Positions 20,121 through 30,655 of a stretch of 64,000 nucleotides of DNA are shown piece after piece; position 1 is the stretch's first letter, and every line of letters begins with the position of its first letter. Under the pieces are notes generated by a model, which saw only the letters and a list, made by a program, of their open reading frames with translations, was not told the DNA's origin and did not search any database. Source of the DNA: an uncultured Nitrososphaerota archaeon (GTDB lineage: Archaea; Thermoproteota; Nitrososphaeria; Nitrososphaerales; Nitrosopumilaceae); assembly GCA_963701075.1 (NCBI GenBank), contig OY969559.1:768001-832000 (forward strand), in the 5' to 3' direction. The position numbers and the translations under genes were made by a program.

Positions 20121-22148
20121 ATGCTGATACATACCCTGCCAACTCCTTTAACACAATTCCTATGGAATCTGTTCATCGGAATAGCCCTTGTAATAACTCT
20201 ATACACATGTAATTTCTATTACTTGGTTTTTTTGGCACGACAAAAAAAGAAGACAAAATCTATCGAGTTAAAAGAAACTCCAACCGTTACAATCCAGCTT
20301 CCAATTTATAATGAAAAATATGTTGCGGCTAGACTAGTAAATGCCGTCTGCGAACAAGATTACCCAAAAGAAAAATTGTGTATCCAAGTGCTAGATGATT
20401 CTGATGATGACACATTCAATATTCTAGAAGATCTAGTGGACGATTACAAAAAGAAAGGATTCGATATAACTCATGTGAGAAGAGGAAATAGAAAAGGGTA
20501 CAAGGCAGGAGCGCTCCGTCACGCAATGAGCTTTACAAAAGGAGACTTTGTTGCTATATTTGATGCAGACTTTATTCCACCTTCATGGTTTCTAAAAAAA
20601 GCACTCTCGTATTTTTGCAAGCCAGAGATAGGTCTGGTGCAATGTAGGTGGGGCCATGTTAATGAAAACTATTCAGCTTTAACGATGGCTCAGGCACTAA
20701 GCTTGGATTTTCATTTTCTCATAGAACAAAAGGCAAAAAGCAATTCCCATCTATTTATGAATTTCAATGGTACTGCTGGTGTATGGAGAAGAGAATGCAT
20801 TGAAGACTCTGGGGGATGGCATACTGCAACACTAGTAGAAGATCTAGATCTTAGTTATAGAGCCCAGATGAAAGGCTGGAAATGTGTATTCATACCTGAC
20901 ATTGTAGTAGATGCGGAGCTCCCTGTACAAATGAATGCAGCAAAGAGACAACAGTTCAGGTGGGCAAAGGGGTCAATTCAATGTGCCATAAAATTGCTGG
21001 GCGATGTTGCAATAAAGAGAATCCCAATTGAGACAAAAGTCCAAGCCTTTGTTCAACTTACAAGACACATATCGTTTCCATTAATGCTGATACAATTCTT
21101 AATTCTTCCAATATTGCTCGCCTCAAAAATAAATCTATACATAATCAGCGGACTGCCGGCCATTACAATAATGGTGTATCTTGCTATGGGGCCTCTGGTG
21201 TATATTATGATAATTCGTGACTTGTATCATGCAAGTTGGAAGTCAAAGGTACTTTCGTATTTTTACATGATCTTTTATTCTGCAGGTATGTCAGTGAACA
21301 ATACTATTGCTGTCTTTGATGCATTCTTTGGAAAGAAGAATGAATTTTTGCGTACTCCAAAGTTTGGAATAGTAAATAAGACTGATGATTGGAGGGACAA
21401 AGCTTATGCGCTGCCTTTTACCAAAACCACATTGCTTGAGATATTCTTTGGCGTATATGGAGTCATAGGAATATTTGTTGCGATCTTTTCAAACAATCCC
21501 ATTTTTGCTCCAATAATAGGAATTCAAGTTGTAGGATTTTTCTACATAGCATATCTTAGCATATCGCATTCAACATTTAAAAAAGGCAAATCAAGAAATA
21601 TACCTGTTACATCAGGTACTCAAAGGATGGCAAATACATACTACAAGCTTGCAATGGGCGGAATTATGGGACTCATAGCCTTAGGCGTAGTCATGGCTTT
21701 TGAGGAATATGGTACCACGATATACCCACTTGACCAAGCTAGAGGACTTTTATCAAGAGTTCAGGCCACATCTGATCCACAAACCATCCACGATGAGCTG
21801 AAAAATGTAATGATGCTTCTACCAAAATCAGGAAACCCTGTATGGATATTTCCTACCGAAGACACAGACTTTGGATTAATGCAAGGAGACCTACAGACTA
21901 TGTTGGGAACCGTAGATAAGGTTGGAAGCACATCTCCTGACAGTGCAGCATTTCATGCCGGAATGCTAAACATTCATGCGCAGGCCACGACAATTACATT
22001 CAACCTGCTTGATGCCACACCATACATGTATGTGAGCATATCCAACATTTTGTTTGGTTGCATATGGGTAGCTGTGATAATTGGAATATTTGCAATGTTG
22101 AAGAGAAAAAGAGAACGTCTGAGAGCCTACGACTTGGAAGAGGCCTAG
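20121..22148 (+). CDS. cellulose-synthase-like processive GT2 glycosyltransferase
   Basis: IQLPIYNE, QVLDDS, GYKAGAL, FDADF, VEDLD, QQFRW (D,D,D,QxxRW) and multiple TM helices. Confidence 0.9.
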   Translation: MLIHTLPTPLTQFLWNLFIGIALVITLYTCNFYYLVFLARQKKKTKSIELKETPTVTIQLPIYNEKYVAARLVNAVCEQDYPKEKLCIQVLDDSDDDTFNILEDLVDDYKKKGFDITHVRRGNRKGYKAGALRHAMSFTKGDFVAIFDADFIPPSWFLKKALSYFCKPEIGLVQCRWGHVNENYSALTMAQALSLDFHFLIEQKAKSNSHLFMNFNGTAGVWRRECIEDSGGWHTATLVEDLDLSYRAQMKGWKCVFIPDIVVDAELPVQMNAAKRQQFRWAKGSIQCAIKLLGDVAIKRIPIETKVQAFVQLTRHISFPLMLIQFLILPILLASKINLYIISGLPAITIMVYLAMGPLVYIMIIRDLYHASWKSKVLSYFYMIFYSAGMSVNNTIAVFDAFFGKKNEFLRTPKFGIVNKTDDWRDKAYALPFTKTTLLEIFFGVYGVIGIFVAIFSNNPIFAPIIGIQVVGFFYIAYLSISHSTFKKGKSRNIPVTSGTQRMANTYYKLAMGGIMGLIALGVVMAFEEYGTTIYPLDQARGLLSRVQATSDPQTIHDELKNVMMLLPKSGNPVWIFPTEDTDFGLMQGDLQTMLGTVDKVGSTSPDSAAFHAGMLNIHAQATTITFNLLDATPYMYVSISNILFGCIWVAVIIGIFAMLKRKRERLRAYDLEEA

Positions 22149-23479
22149 GAAATATTTAGTTCGTGTCTTACTTCGTCAACTGCTCTAATTCCAAATAGAT
22201 CGCGAATTTGTTCCATTCTAATTGACTCCTTGACCAGATCAGCTCCTCACTCACTTATCAAAAGTCTAAAGACATCTGTGAATCTAATTTCCCACCTGTC
22301 TGAACAATCCATAATCTTTGATATGCTCCACTGTTTTACTTCAAGAGGAAGTGGCATCTTTGATTCCACTTCAATGGAGAGTCTGTCAAATAGATTTACC
22401 ATGTCTACAGTTTGAGCTACCATTTTTTGTATGTCTTCTAACGTGCCATATTTTGACTCTGATCTCATGCGTATATTGGACTGAAACTCAGAAAGGCGTA
22501 GCAATCCCATAACTTCGCTTGAGGTGCTCTGCGAGGTCTTGTGGGTTACATCTCTAATCTCATTTAATTGCTGAGAGATCTCGTATGTCTTTTTATTGAA
22601 TTCAGATATGGACGATGAGTTTCTATTGAGCAGTTCTGCAAAGTCTGACATTTTCTCTTCCAGATCCTTTGTTTTGCCTAGCACATTGTCCTTGAAATTG
22701 CTAAATTCGGCGTTTACGTTTCTAATGTCATTGCCTAGCACATCAAGAGAATCTGTTTTCTTTATCAATGAGTTAATCTCTGTACTAACATTTCTAATCT
22801 GAGAATCAAGACCAAAGATTGGCTCTGTCTTTGTGACAATTCTATCAATTTCAGTTTTGATGTTTGATATGCTTTCTTCAAGATGTGCCATTTTTCCGGT
22901 TTTTTCGGAGATTTCCTTCGTGCTCTTCTTTACTTCCTCAATTTCAGAGCCAATGTTTGATAATGACTCTGCCCTGCTTGTCACGCTCTTTATTTCTTCA
23001 CGTATCTTCTCCGTCTTTTCTGATACATGCATTATCATCTTGGTATTATTTCTAATAGAGTCTAGATTGTCTGCTAGATTCTGCATGAGCTTGCCGGTAT
23101 CAGGAATGCTCTCTTGTTTTTGGTGAATCTTGCTAACTTGATCCTGAAGGCGATTTATCTGATCATTGATTTTCTCTATAAGGTTTGAATGTGCTTTTAC
23201 CTGGCTCATTCCGTGGAAGAGTCTTTGTGTATCTTCTTCAATGATGGTTATCTGTCTTGAACTTTTTTGAATCTGATCTAGTGAAGAATTAACTCCATCT
23301 ATCATGCTTTTTAATGAAATCAGTATTTTCTGATTTTCAGTGAAAATTTTGGACATTGTCTTTACTTCTGACGCCAAAACTTTGGTTGCCTCAGAAATTG
23401 AGCTCATCTTCTTGAGCACATCTGCAGTATGATCTTTGGTTCCCCCCTTGCTATTCTCAGTTTTTTTTGCTTGCTTCAC
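22145..23479 (-). CDS. long coiled-coil protein (in-frame TGA at 22247-22249; frame continues 33 more codons)
   Basis: Heptad-rich 410-aa ORF. After the TGA the same frame reads GADLVKESIRMEQIRDLFGIRAVDEVRHELNIS to TAG at 22145. Confidence 0.7.
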
Positions 23480-23547
23480 TTTAAATTACAATAACCATAG
23501 CCGATAAAAAAGTTCGGTTTTAATTTTCTTCAAAAAATAGCCAAGAA

Positions 23548-23655
23548 TTAGTTGTTGACTAACTCTGGGTCATGTAGTACCTCGTGCAAGGTCTTCTCTA
23601 CTAAGCCATTTGCAGTCTCAAAGAACTGCCTTGGACAGAATTCGCAATTTAGCAT
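23548..23655 (-). CDS. 35-aa C2H2-like zinc-finger micro-protein (below ORF-track cutoff)
   Basis: MLNCEFCPRQFFETANGLVEKTLHEVLHDPELVNN*; CxxC-x16-HxxxH; TATA-like TTAATA about 25 bp upstream. Confidence 0.6.
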   Translation of the reverse strand: MLNCEFCPRQFFETANGLVEKTLHEVLHDPELVNN

Positions 23656-23718
23656 ATCTTACCGTACCATACGGTACTATTAACATAAAGGTAATTTTGG
23701 TATTACCAAAGGTAGGTT

Positions 23719-24093
23719 TTACTTTTTTTGAAGTTTAAGCGATGCCGAGTTTATGCAATATCGTAACCCGGTAGGCGCAGGCCCGTCATCAAAAACATGT
23801 CCTAGATGAGAACCACATTTTTTACACATGACCTCAGTCCTGCTCATGCCATAACTGGTATCAGTCTCCACTTGCGTATTGCCTGATATTGTCTCCCAAA
23901 AACTCGGCCACCCTGTACCTGAATCAAATTTTGTCTCAGAACTGAATAACTCTGCTTCACAACAAACGCATTGGTACACTCCACTGTCTTTGCAATTGTT
24001 GTATGTGCCAGAAAAGGGCGGCTCTGTGCCTTTCATTCTGCAAATAAAGTACTGATCTTGTGTTAGCTTCTTTTTCCATTCATCTTCTGACAT
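23719..24093 (-). CDS. msrB: peptide methionine (R)-sulfoxide reductase
   Basis: [42 protein letters not shown]. Confidence 0.95.
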   Translation of the reverse strand: MSEDEWKKKLTQDQYFICRMKGTEPPFSGTYNNCKDSGVYQCVCCEAELFSSETKFDSGTGWPSFWETISGNTQVETDTSYGMSRTEVMCKKCGSHLGHVFDDGPAPTGLRYCINSASLKLQKK

Positions 24094-24214
24094 TTCTGAT
24101 AACAAATTATATCTTTTTTTGAATATTAATCTTTTAAAGTGATTCGTGAACAATTTATTAGGTTATATCTAATTCTCAAGTTTTAAATTATGATATCTGG
24201 CATGTTTTCTCGTT

Positions 24215-25124
24215 ATGCAACGAGATTTACAATTAACAGTAAGAATGGTAATTAGTTTTCTTGCACTCACGCTAATCTACCTCGTATTTTTGAGCTTTAT
24301 TGCCATGTACTTTGGATTGGGCATTCTTCCAATTGCAATAATTGCCGGATTGATGATCGGGGCACAATGGTACTTTTCTGATAGGATAGTTCTCTGGAGC
24401 ACGGGAACTAGGCTTGTAACTAGGGAAGAATATCCAGTTTTACACGAAATAGTAGAAAGGTTAGCGCAAAAGGCAAATCTTCCAATGCCTAGGGTTGGAG
24501 TTATGTCAAGCGATGTTCCAAATGCATTTGCTACAGGCAAGGGTCCCAAGAGACTCTGTAGTGGTTGTAAGTTTGGGAATAATGAGAATTCTGGACAAGG
24601 AGGAACTTGAGGGTGTCTTATCGCATGAACTCACTCACATAAAACACAGAGATGTTACAATCATCACCCTTGCAAGTTTGTTCTCTACTATTGCTTGGTA
24701 TCTTATGCAATCTTCCATGTTCAGCTCAATGTGGGGCGGTTCAGGATATGGGGGAAGACAACAGCAAGGGGGGAACCTCTTTTTGGTCATTATTGTAGCT
24801 GCAGTAGTATGGCTCCTAAGTTTCCTAGTGATCAGAGCCATATCTAGATACAGGGAATTTGCTGCAGACAGAGGCGGGGCTCTACTTACGGGCCAACCAA
24901 TGAATCTATCTCGTGCGTTGATGAAGATAGAAGGAAGAGTAAAAGTGGCTCCAAAACAGGGACTTCAAAAGATGGAAGGAATGAATGCATTTTTTATCGT
25001 ACCTGTGATATCAGGCCAGACGATTGCAAGGTTTTTCTCTACGCATCCTCCATTAGAGGAACGCATCAAGCGCTTAATGGAAATTGAACGACAACTTCGT
25101 GACTCTGACCAACTAGGCATCTAG
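24215..25124 (+). CDS. htpX: M48 zinc metalloprotease HtpX (apparent +1 frameshift near 24549)
   Basis: PNAFATG in the first ORF; EELEGVLSHELTHIKHRD, SRYREFAAD and FSTHPP.EERI in the second. Confidence 0.92.
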
Positions 25125-25359
25125 TAAGTTCTATGCACGAATATCTTCAGAAAGCAGTCAGATACCCCAGGTATAATTCATCATATAATCAGTAAACCCA
25201 ATCATCATTCTGCAAACCACTGTTATCTGAACGCGCTTTATAACGTGACCGATTTCTAAATGAGATATCCTTAATTTTATTTATAGGCGAATACGTAGAA
25301 GGTAAGAATTTTTCACCAAATAGTTGGTCTAGACTACGTTGGGTATTAAATAAAATTTC

Positions 25360-25947
25360 ATGAGAGTTTTGCCTATGACTGAAGAAATTCTAAACAGAAT
25401 CGAGTCTGCAGGAATAGACGGCATTAAAAAGGCTGACCTCAAAAAAGCATTCGGTAAAGAATGCGACGACATACTTGAGAAGCTAAGGCAAAAAGAGAAA
25501 GTTTTCATCGAGAAAAAGGGGGTTGCCTATTTTGTCTGGACTAGAGACAATTACATTTTACATCTAACAGAAAATGATACGAAATTCAAACTCATGCTCA
25601 ATATGGTAATAGGCGTAAGCCATTCTGTTGCAAGGCTAAAAGAGCACACTCAGAACCTCAGAGAAGACATGGAAAGAATCTCTCTACAAGAAAATTTGCC
25701 GCAAAATGTTGATTTTGAGAACATATTCAACAAGTGTATCAGTGAGACAGGCACCTCCATAGGCTGGACCCCATTCTCAAAGGTAAGGGAAAAAGTATGT
25801 GAGACACAGAATCTATCAAAAGAAAAATTCTATTCGCTTGCAAGTGATCTAGTTGAGAGGCACCGTGAGAGATATGAAGTCTCGTCTGGAGGCCAAGAAG
25901 GCATTATCATTCGTGGAATGGTTCATGGTTATGTGAGGAATGTCTAA
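25360..25947 (+). CDS. uncharacterised protein, probable wHTH-coiled coil-wHTH
   Basis: 195 aa; helical and wing-like segments at both ends; stop overlaps the ATPase start (TAATG). Confidence 0.7.
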   Translation: MRVLPMTEEILNRIESAGIDGIKKADLKKAFGKECDDILEKLRQKEKVFIEKKGVAYFVWTRDNYILHLTENDTKFKLMLNMVIGVSHSVARLKEHTQNLREDMERISLQENLPQNVDFENIFNKCISETGTSIGWTPFSKVREKVCETQNLSKEKFYSLASDLVERHRERYEVSSGGQEGIIIRGMVHGYVRNV

Positions 25948-27551
25948 TGTATGCATATGGATTAGAAAACAACCCATATCCCAGTAGCCCAACGCCCACT
26001 GAAAAAGATGCAAAGATACTTGGAGGGAAGAGACACAAAGAAGCAAAATCTGCCATAGTTGAATGTATGAAAGAACTAAATGGCAAAGTGCAAGGAAGAG
26101 ATTCTGCCGATAATGACTTTAGAGTAATAACGGTAATCCAAGATGTAGGCTCTGGAAAGACCCACTTGGCACTACACATAAAAAATTTAAAGGGACACTA
26201 TAACGCAGAGTGTTCTTTTGTTGATCTATCTACCATATCACCTAAGACCATGTCAAGCATCTACAATGCAATAATCAAAGGATTTGATAATGATTTTTTT
26301 GTTCAATTGCGAACAAAATTCTTGGCATACATACGAGAGAGAGCAGAACAAGGTGACAATTCTGCAAAGAAAGCCATCAACTATACTGTGATAAATAGGC
26401 TAACGGGATTGACAATTAAAGAAAAGGTAGATGACATCATATCTGGAAAAGAACATGTTTCTGATGAAAATCTAAAGCAATTCCTCACTCAGAGATTCAA
26501 TTATCACGAGTCTGCATTGATAAGAAGTGTTGTAACAAACTCCTTTGAAAACATACAAAATCTCGAGGAGTTGCTTGGCATGATCTCGGCCATATCGAAA
26601 TTTGCCCATATGTTTTTGGGAAAAATTACACTTCTTGAGATAGATGAGTTTGACGGAAATAAAGACTCGATAGAATTTGTAAAGGGGATGATAAACTCTC
26701 ACATTCCTGCATGCACACTGCTTTTAATTTCAACTCCATCAGGATATGCAGAGGTACAGAACACCAATCCATCTGTTTTTGATAGACTTGAGAAGGCAAA
26801 CTATAAGATTGATCTGGTAGGCTCTAACTCTAAAGATGAACTTGCAGAAATTGCCGTTGAATACATAAAACACAACGACAAACACGGCAAGCTTGGCTCA
26901 AAGACAGAGGAAGAACTAGTCGATAAAATCCAAGCACTTTACGAGGAGTTTCCAGAATTTAGAAGTGTTAGATCTGTTATCAACATATTGTACCATGCAA
27001 TGGAAAAATCAGAAGAGTCAGGTCTTGATAAAATTGATGAAAATGTGATTGATGATGCTATAAAGCAAACGTATCCGGGACTCAAAGTACGAGGAAGCAT
27101 AATGGACGTGCCTATATCTGATTTTATTGCAATAAGAAAAATTTGCAACGAATCATCTTCAGAAAAAGATCTCAAAGAGGCAGTGCACAACTTGGCAAAT
27201 CTTGTACATGAGATGGGAGGTATATGTAAACTCGAAAAACAGAATCTGGCTCTAGATGCCGTGTATCAGGATTCGTTTGGAGCAAAGGTAGGGGTAGCCA
27301 TAATGACAAACTTGAACAATGCCGACAGTTTAGACCGAATCTCTAACATATCAAAATCAGCAGTTGTGGATAAATTAATAATCTTGACTAGCCAAAAGAT
27401 CCAGAGTCCTTACAACGCAACAGTGGTAAATGTAGACAAGTCAAAGATGATTGATTTGATTTACTTTAACAACAAGTATAATGGTAAGAAAATTGCTGAA
27501 TCTGACAACGAACGAGCAGAGATATTGGCAAAAACTCTGTGTATAATCTAG
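25947..27551 (+). CDS. P-loop AAA+-type ATPase of unknown function
   Basis: GL.NNPYP N-terminus, Walker A variant VIQDVGSGKTH, Walker B LLEIDEFD, FDRL, RSVRSVIN. Confidence 0.8.
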   Translation: MYAYGLENNPYPSSPTPTEKDAKILGGKRHKEAKSAIVECMKELNGKVQGRDSADNDFRVITVIQDVGSGKTHLALHIKNLKGHYNAECSFVDLSTISPKTMSSIYNAIIKGFDNDFFVQLRTKFLAYIRERAEQGDNSAKKAINYTVINRLTGLTIKEKVDDIISGKEHVSDENLKQFLTQRFNYHESALIRSVVTNSFENIQNLEELLGMISAISKFAHMFLGKITLLEIDEFDGNKDSIEFVKGMINSHIPACTLLLISTPSGYAEVQNTNPSVFDRLEKANYKIDLVGSNSKDELAEIAVEYIKHNDKHGKLGSKTEEELVDKIQALYEEFPEFRSVRSVINILYHAMEKSEESGLDKIDENVIDDAIKQTYPGLKVRGSIMDVPISDFIAIRKICNESSSEKDLKEAVHNLANLVHEMGGICKLEKQNLALDAVYQDSFGAKVGVAIMTNLNNADSLDRISNISKSAVVDKLIILTSQKIQSPYNATVVNVDKSKMIDLIYFNNKYNGKKIAESDNERAEILAKTLCII

Positions 27552-27599
27552 ACCTCCTGTGTGTATATTTTTAAAATAAGGCCCGTCAATCTCTAGCAT

Positions 27600-28019
27600 A
27601 TGGCAGAGCGGGAGCTGGAAGAACTTTTGGCCCAACGACACAAGGATGTCACGCTTTATGATTTTGAAGGCAAAAAGGTACCATGTATCATAATGGAAGA
27701 GAAAAGATTTGATGATATAATGAGGGCCATAGCTGGAAAACCCATCTCGGTTGAAACCAATCTTAACATACTGCAGGATGGCCTGGGTCATGTTTTTGTC
27801 AAAATGACATTACACTTTTCACAAGAAATTGAAGAAAAGGTATTGCTGTATGCAAACGAGTCTTTAGAGTTTTTTGAGGCTTTGACTGAAACCTCTATGT
27901 TGGCCCTCTCCTCTCCTCGTTCAGAATATGGTCGCTCTAATGTGTTTATGATACAACTTCCTAAACCGGAAAAAACAGCAGACGCTTTAGAAATAATCAA
28001 AAAAGGTCTTAAGATGTAA
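27600..28019 (+). CDS. hypothetical protein
   Basis: 139-aa ORF with TTTAAA box upstream. Confidence 0.7.
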   Translation: MAERELEELLAQRHKDVTLYDFEGKKVPCIIMEEKRFDDIMRAIAGKPISVETNLNILQDGLGHVFVKMTLHFSQEIEEKVLLYANESLEFFEALTETSMLALSSPRSEYGRSNVFMIQLPKPEKTADALEIIKKGLKM

Positions 28020-28020
28020 A

Positions 28021-28094
28021 TGCGGTTGCCGGGATTTGAACCCGGGTCGCGGAATTGGCAATCCCGCATATTAACCAAGCTGTACTACAACCGC
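28021..28094 (-). tRNA. tRNA-Gly(GCC)
   Basis: Reverse complement GCGGTTG...GCGGGA TT GCC AA TTCCGC...GGTTCAAATCC...CAACCGC-A folds as a cloverleaf; no intron. Confidence 0.95.
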
Positions 28095-28245
28095 TTGATC
28101 GATTTAGAAATTTCGAGTCTATTAAAAGGTACGGCTCAAGTTTATGGCTTATAACATTTCAAATAGGTCCTGCCTAGTTTGGCAGAATCAAGAATATACT
28201 GTTTGGAAACATAATTTTTTAACATCTGGATACCAAAGGAATACT

Positions 28246-28521
28246 GTGAATTCTCAACTTGAAGAAAAAGTGAACCAAAAAATAAAAGAAGTAACTGGAA
28301 AATCAGACGAAATCTTCAAGATAATAAATTCACTAGACAAGCTCAGGACACATTCCGACTCTTTTGCCTATGGGATTGCTATAGGCAGATTGTACAATTC
28401 ATTTTATTACCAATGCAGAAGAATACTCAAGCGCAATCCTACCGATGAAGAGTTTTCAGAATTCCTTGAAATGCTTAGCAAAAAACAAAAAGAAATTCTT
28501 GACGCGCTAAGACTTGACTAG
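28246..28521 (+). CDS. hypothetical protein
   Basis: Probable GTG start; GIAIGRLYNSFYYQCRRILKRNPT core. Confidence 0.65.
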   Translation: MNSQLEEKVNQKIKEVTGKSDEIFKIINSLDKLRTHSDSFAYGIAIGRLYNSFYYQCRRILKRNPTDEEFSEFLEMLSKKQKEILDALRLD

Positions 28522-29026
28522 AGCCGGCTTTAAAGAAATCACTTTGATTGATGGAGTTATTGGTAATTTTACAGCCGCGTTATGCATTGACTTTTTTGCT
28601 ACCTCAAGATGCTCTTTTTTGACAAATGCTTCCATGAGTACCTGACCTCTATTGATACGAGCAGCCAAACTGACCGCCTTGCCAAAAGCCCCTCTCATTC
28701 CTTCCTGAAGTCTGTCTGCACCTGCAGTGGCAATCATCTTGTTCTCTCTTAGCAATATGTGAGGATAGATTCTAAGACTAGAGAAATATCCAGTTTCTCC
28801 TGCTACCGTTTCAATGCCTTTATTTGCAGCCAATCTTGCTGATTCAATTGCCATGTGTCTTATCTGTATTTTTTCTTTGGAACACAGACTGAACACAATA
28901 ATCATAATCTCCATCTCTTTTTCCCCCGCCGGAAAACTTGGCAATTTTTATCTGAGGTTTACCCTTGATGAACTCTTTCCTTGTATAGGGTTGACCATTG
29001 CCAGTTCGGTAATTTGCTCCGTGCAT
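28507..29026 (-). CDS. rpl10e: 50S ribosomal protein L10e (uL16) (apparent +1 frameshift near 28889)
   Basis: MHGANYR...PYTRKEFIKGKP in one frame; QIRH.A.ESAR, YPH.LLRENKM...AGADRLQEGMR.AFGK in the next. Confidence 0.93.
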
Positions 29027-29184
29027 AGAATACTTTTTCATGCTATGTGGTCCCATATTTTAACCGTGAGATCATTTGATTGTCGTGGTTTGCTCGTAAA
29101 ACCCATTTTCTGTTAGATATCTCAAAAATTCAAACAAAATATTGGGTAATGTTATATTGTGTGATCGAACACATTGAATCTCTA

Positions 29185-29754
29185 ATGTCTGAGTTAGAAT
29201 CAAAGGTGGAAGGGGTACTAGTGAAAGATCACGTACTAGTCTTGGACAAAAACATGCAACACAGCCTGGAACAAAGGGGGTTTGGGGAAATCATGAAAAA
29301 TAAATTCTTTCTCAAGCCATTTGAATCGCTATACTTGCTGTATGTGGACAAGCTGCGGCTCCTCAAGGGTAAACAACCAGTACACTTTGATCATCTCATG
29401 GACGAATGTATCAAACAAGACAACGAAGCTTTTACAAAATTTCTGATTTACAGAGACTTGCGAACCAAAGGATATATCGCAAAAGACGGTTTCGGATTTG
29501 GCTCTGATTTTCGGGTCTATGAAAGAGGACAATTTGGAGAAAAGGGAGCCAAGTATGTAGTATTTGGTCTCACGGAAGGAAGAAGGCAAAAGATTGGTAT
29601 ACTGCAAAAACAGATAGAACAAATTGTTACTATGGGTAAAGAGCCTGTACTTGCCGTAATTGAGAGACGAGGGGAAGTAATTTACTACAAGGTTTCAAAG
29701 ATTCAGTTTCATCAAAACAAAGACCAGCCTGGATTTTCAAGCGTAGAATTCTAA
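29185..29754 (+). CDS. endA: tRNA-intron endonuclease
   Basis: L.PFESLYL, FLIYRDLR.KGY..KDGFGFGSDFRVYERG, VIYY. Confidence 0.88.
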   Translation: MSELESKVEGVLVKDHVLVLDKNMQHSLEQRGFGEIMKNKFFLKPFESLYLLYVDKLRLLKGKQPVHFDHLMDECIKQDNEAFTKFLIYRDLRTKGYIAKDGFGFGSDFRVYERGQFGEKGAKYVVFGLTEGRRQKIGILQKQIEQIVTMGKEPVLAVIERRGEVIYYKVSKIQFHQNKDQPGFSSVEF

Positions 29755-29788
29755 TTTTAAATATAGTAAATTCTCTATATCCTAATGA

Positions 29789-29950
29789 ATGGAGTTCAAA
29801 GAGATTTACTGCTTTAACTGTAAGAAAAGCTTGGGCAGATACAGTGACAAATATTTTACAGATCAAAGGATGGGCGAGATCATAAGGGCAAATCATTCTA
29901 CCCATGTATACGAAGGACATTCGATTGTTGTAAGAAGAATAACTACCTGA
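29789..29950 (+). CDS. 53-aa CxxC/His zinc-binding micro-protein (below cutoff)
   Basis: MEFKEIYCFNCKKSLGRYSDKYFTDQRMGEIIRANHSTHVYEGHSIVVRRITT*; TTTTAAATAT about 30 bp upstream. Confidence 0.65.
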   Translation: MEFKEIYCFNCKKSLGRYSDKYFTDQRMGEIIRANHSTHVYEGHSIVVRRITT

Positions 29951-30061
29951 AGAAAGTCAACTTTTATTCAAACTATACTGTCTGAATTTTTGATCTTTCC
30001 ATATTCGTCATGTATGAATTCATAGTAACTATTTTATATCTGAAACTAGTCCTCTGATTCA

Positions 30062-30478
30062 ATGAGATTTTTTACTTTCCTAGTTTTAGGTCTGGTCTTG
30101 TCTATGGGAACATTGCAATTGGCTCATGCTGATGGTAATGTAACAATATCTGATCCTACAATGGTGGATTCCACCGGACATGCACTTTCAAGTTTTGTAA
30201 CAGGTCAAGAGATTGGCGTCCAATCTGTCCTAACTAACCACGGAACAACAAATCAAGATTTTGCTTACATGGTTCAAGTAGTTGATAGTTCTGGTGGAAC
30301 AGACTATTTCCAGGCATTTTCAGCTTCCATGCTTCCTAACCAATCTTTTAACGCATCACAAACATGGATTCCAACAAGTCCTGGTACATATACCGTCCAA
30401 GTATTTGTCTGGAATGGCCTTGCCTCAGCTGTTCCGCTGACAAACGTTGTTCAAAAACAAATTACCGTAGGTAGCTAA
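30062..30478 (+). CDS. secreted Ig-like protein
   Basis: Signal peptide (..AHA|D), Q.FAY.VQV.D, W.P..PGTYTVQVFVW. Confidence 0.75.
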   Translation: MRFFTFLVLGLVLSMGTLQLAHADGNVTISDPTMVDSTGHALSSFVTGQEIGVQSVLTNHGTTNQDFAYMVQVVDSSGGTDYFQAFSASMLPNQSFNASQTWIPTSPGTYTVQVFVWNGLASAVPLTNVVQKQITVGS

Positions 30479-30655
30479 AGAACGCAACACCGCAGAATAT
30501 GCGTTTAAATCTTGAGTAGAATTTTGTAGTTTGGGTTCTTTGTATTAATTAAAATAAAATTTTTTGGCTTAGGCAAACATGAGTCTCTCTCATCTACATT
30601 TCGATGGCCCTATTGTGTTACAGTATCAAAATAACAAGAAAATCTTTTTTGCAAT

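Noticed and set aside
22247-22249. TGA as selenocysteine
   Set aside because: The context is helical with no redox motif, there are no sel genes in the window and no SECIS was recognised. A miscall or nonsense mutation is simpler.
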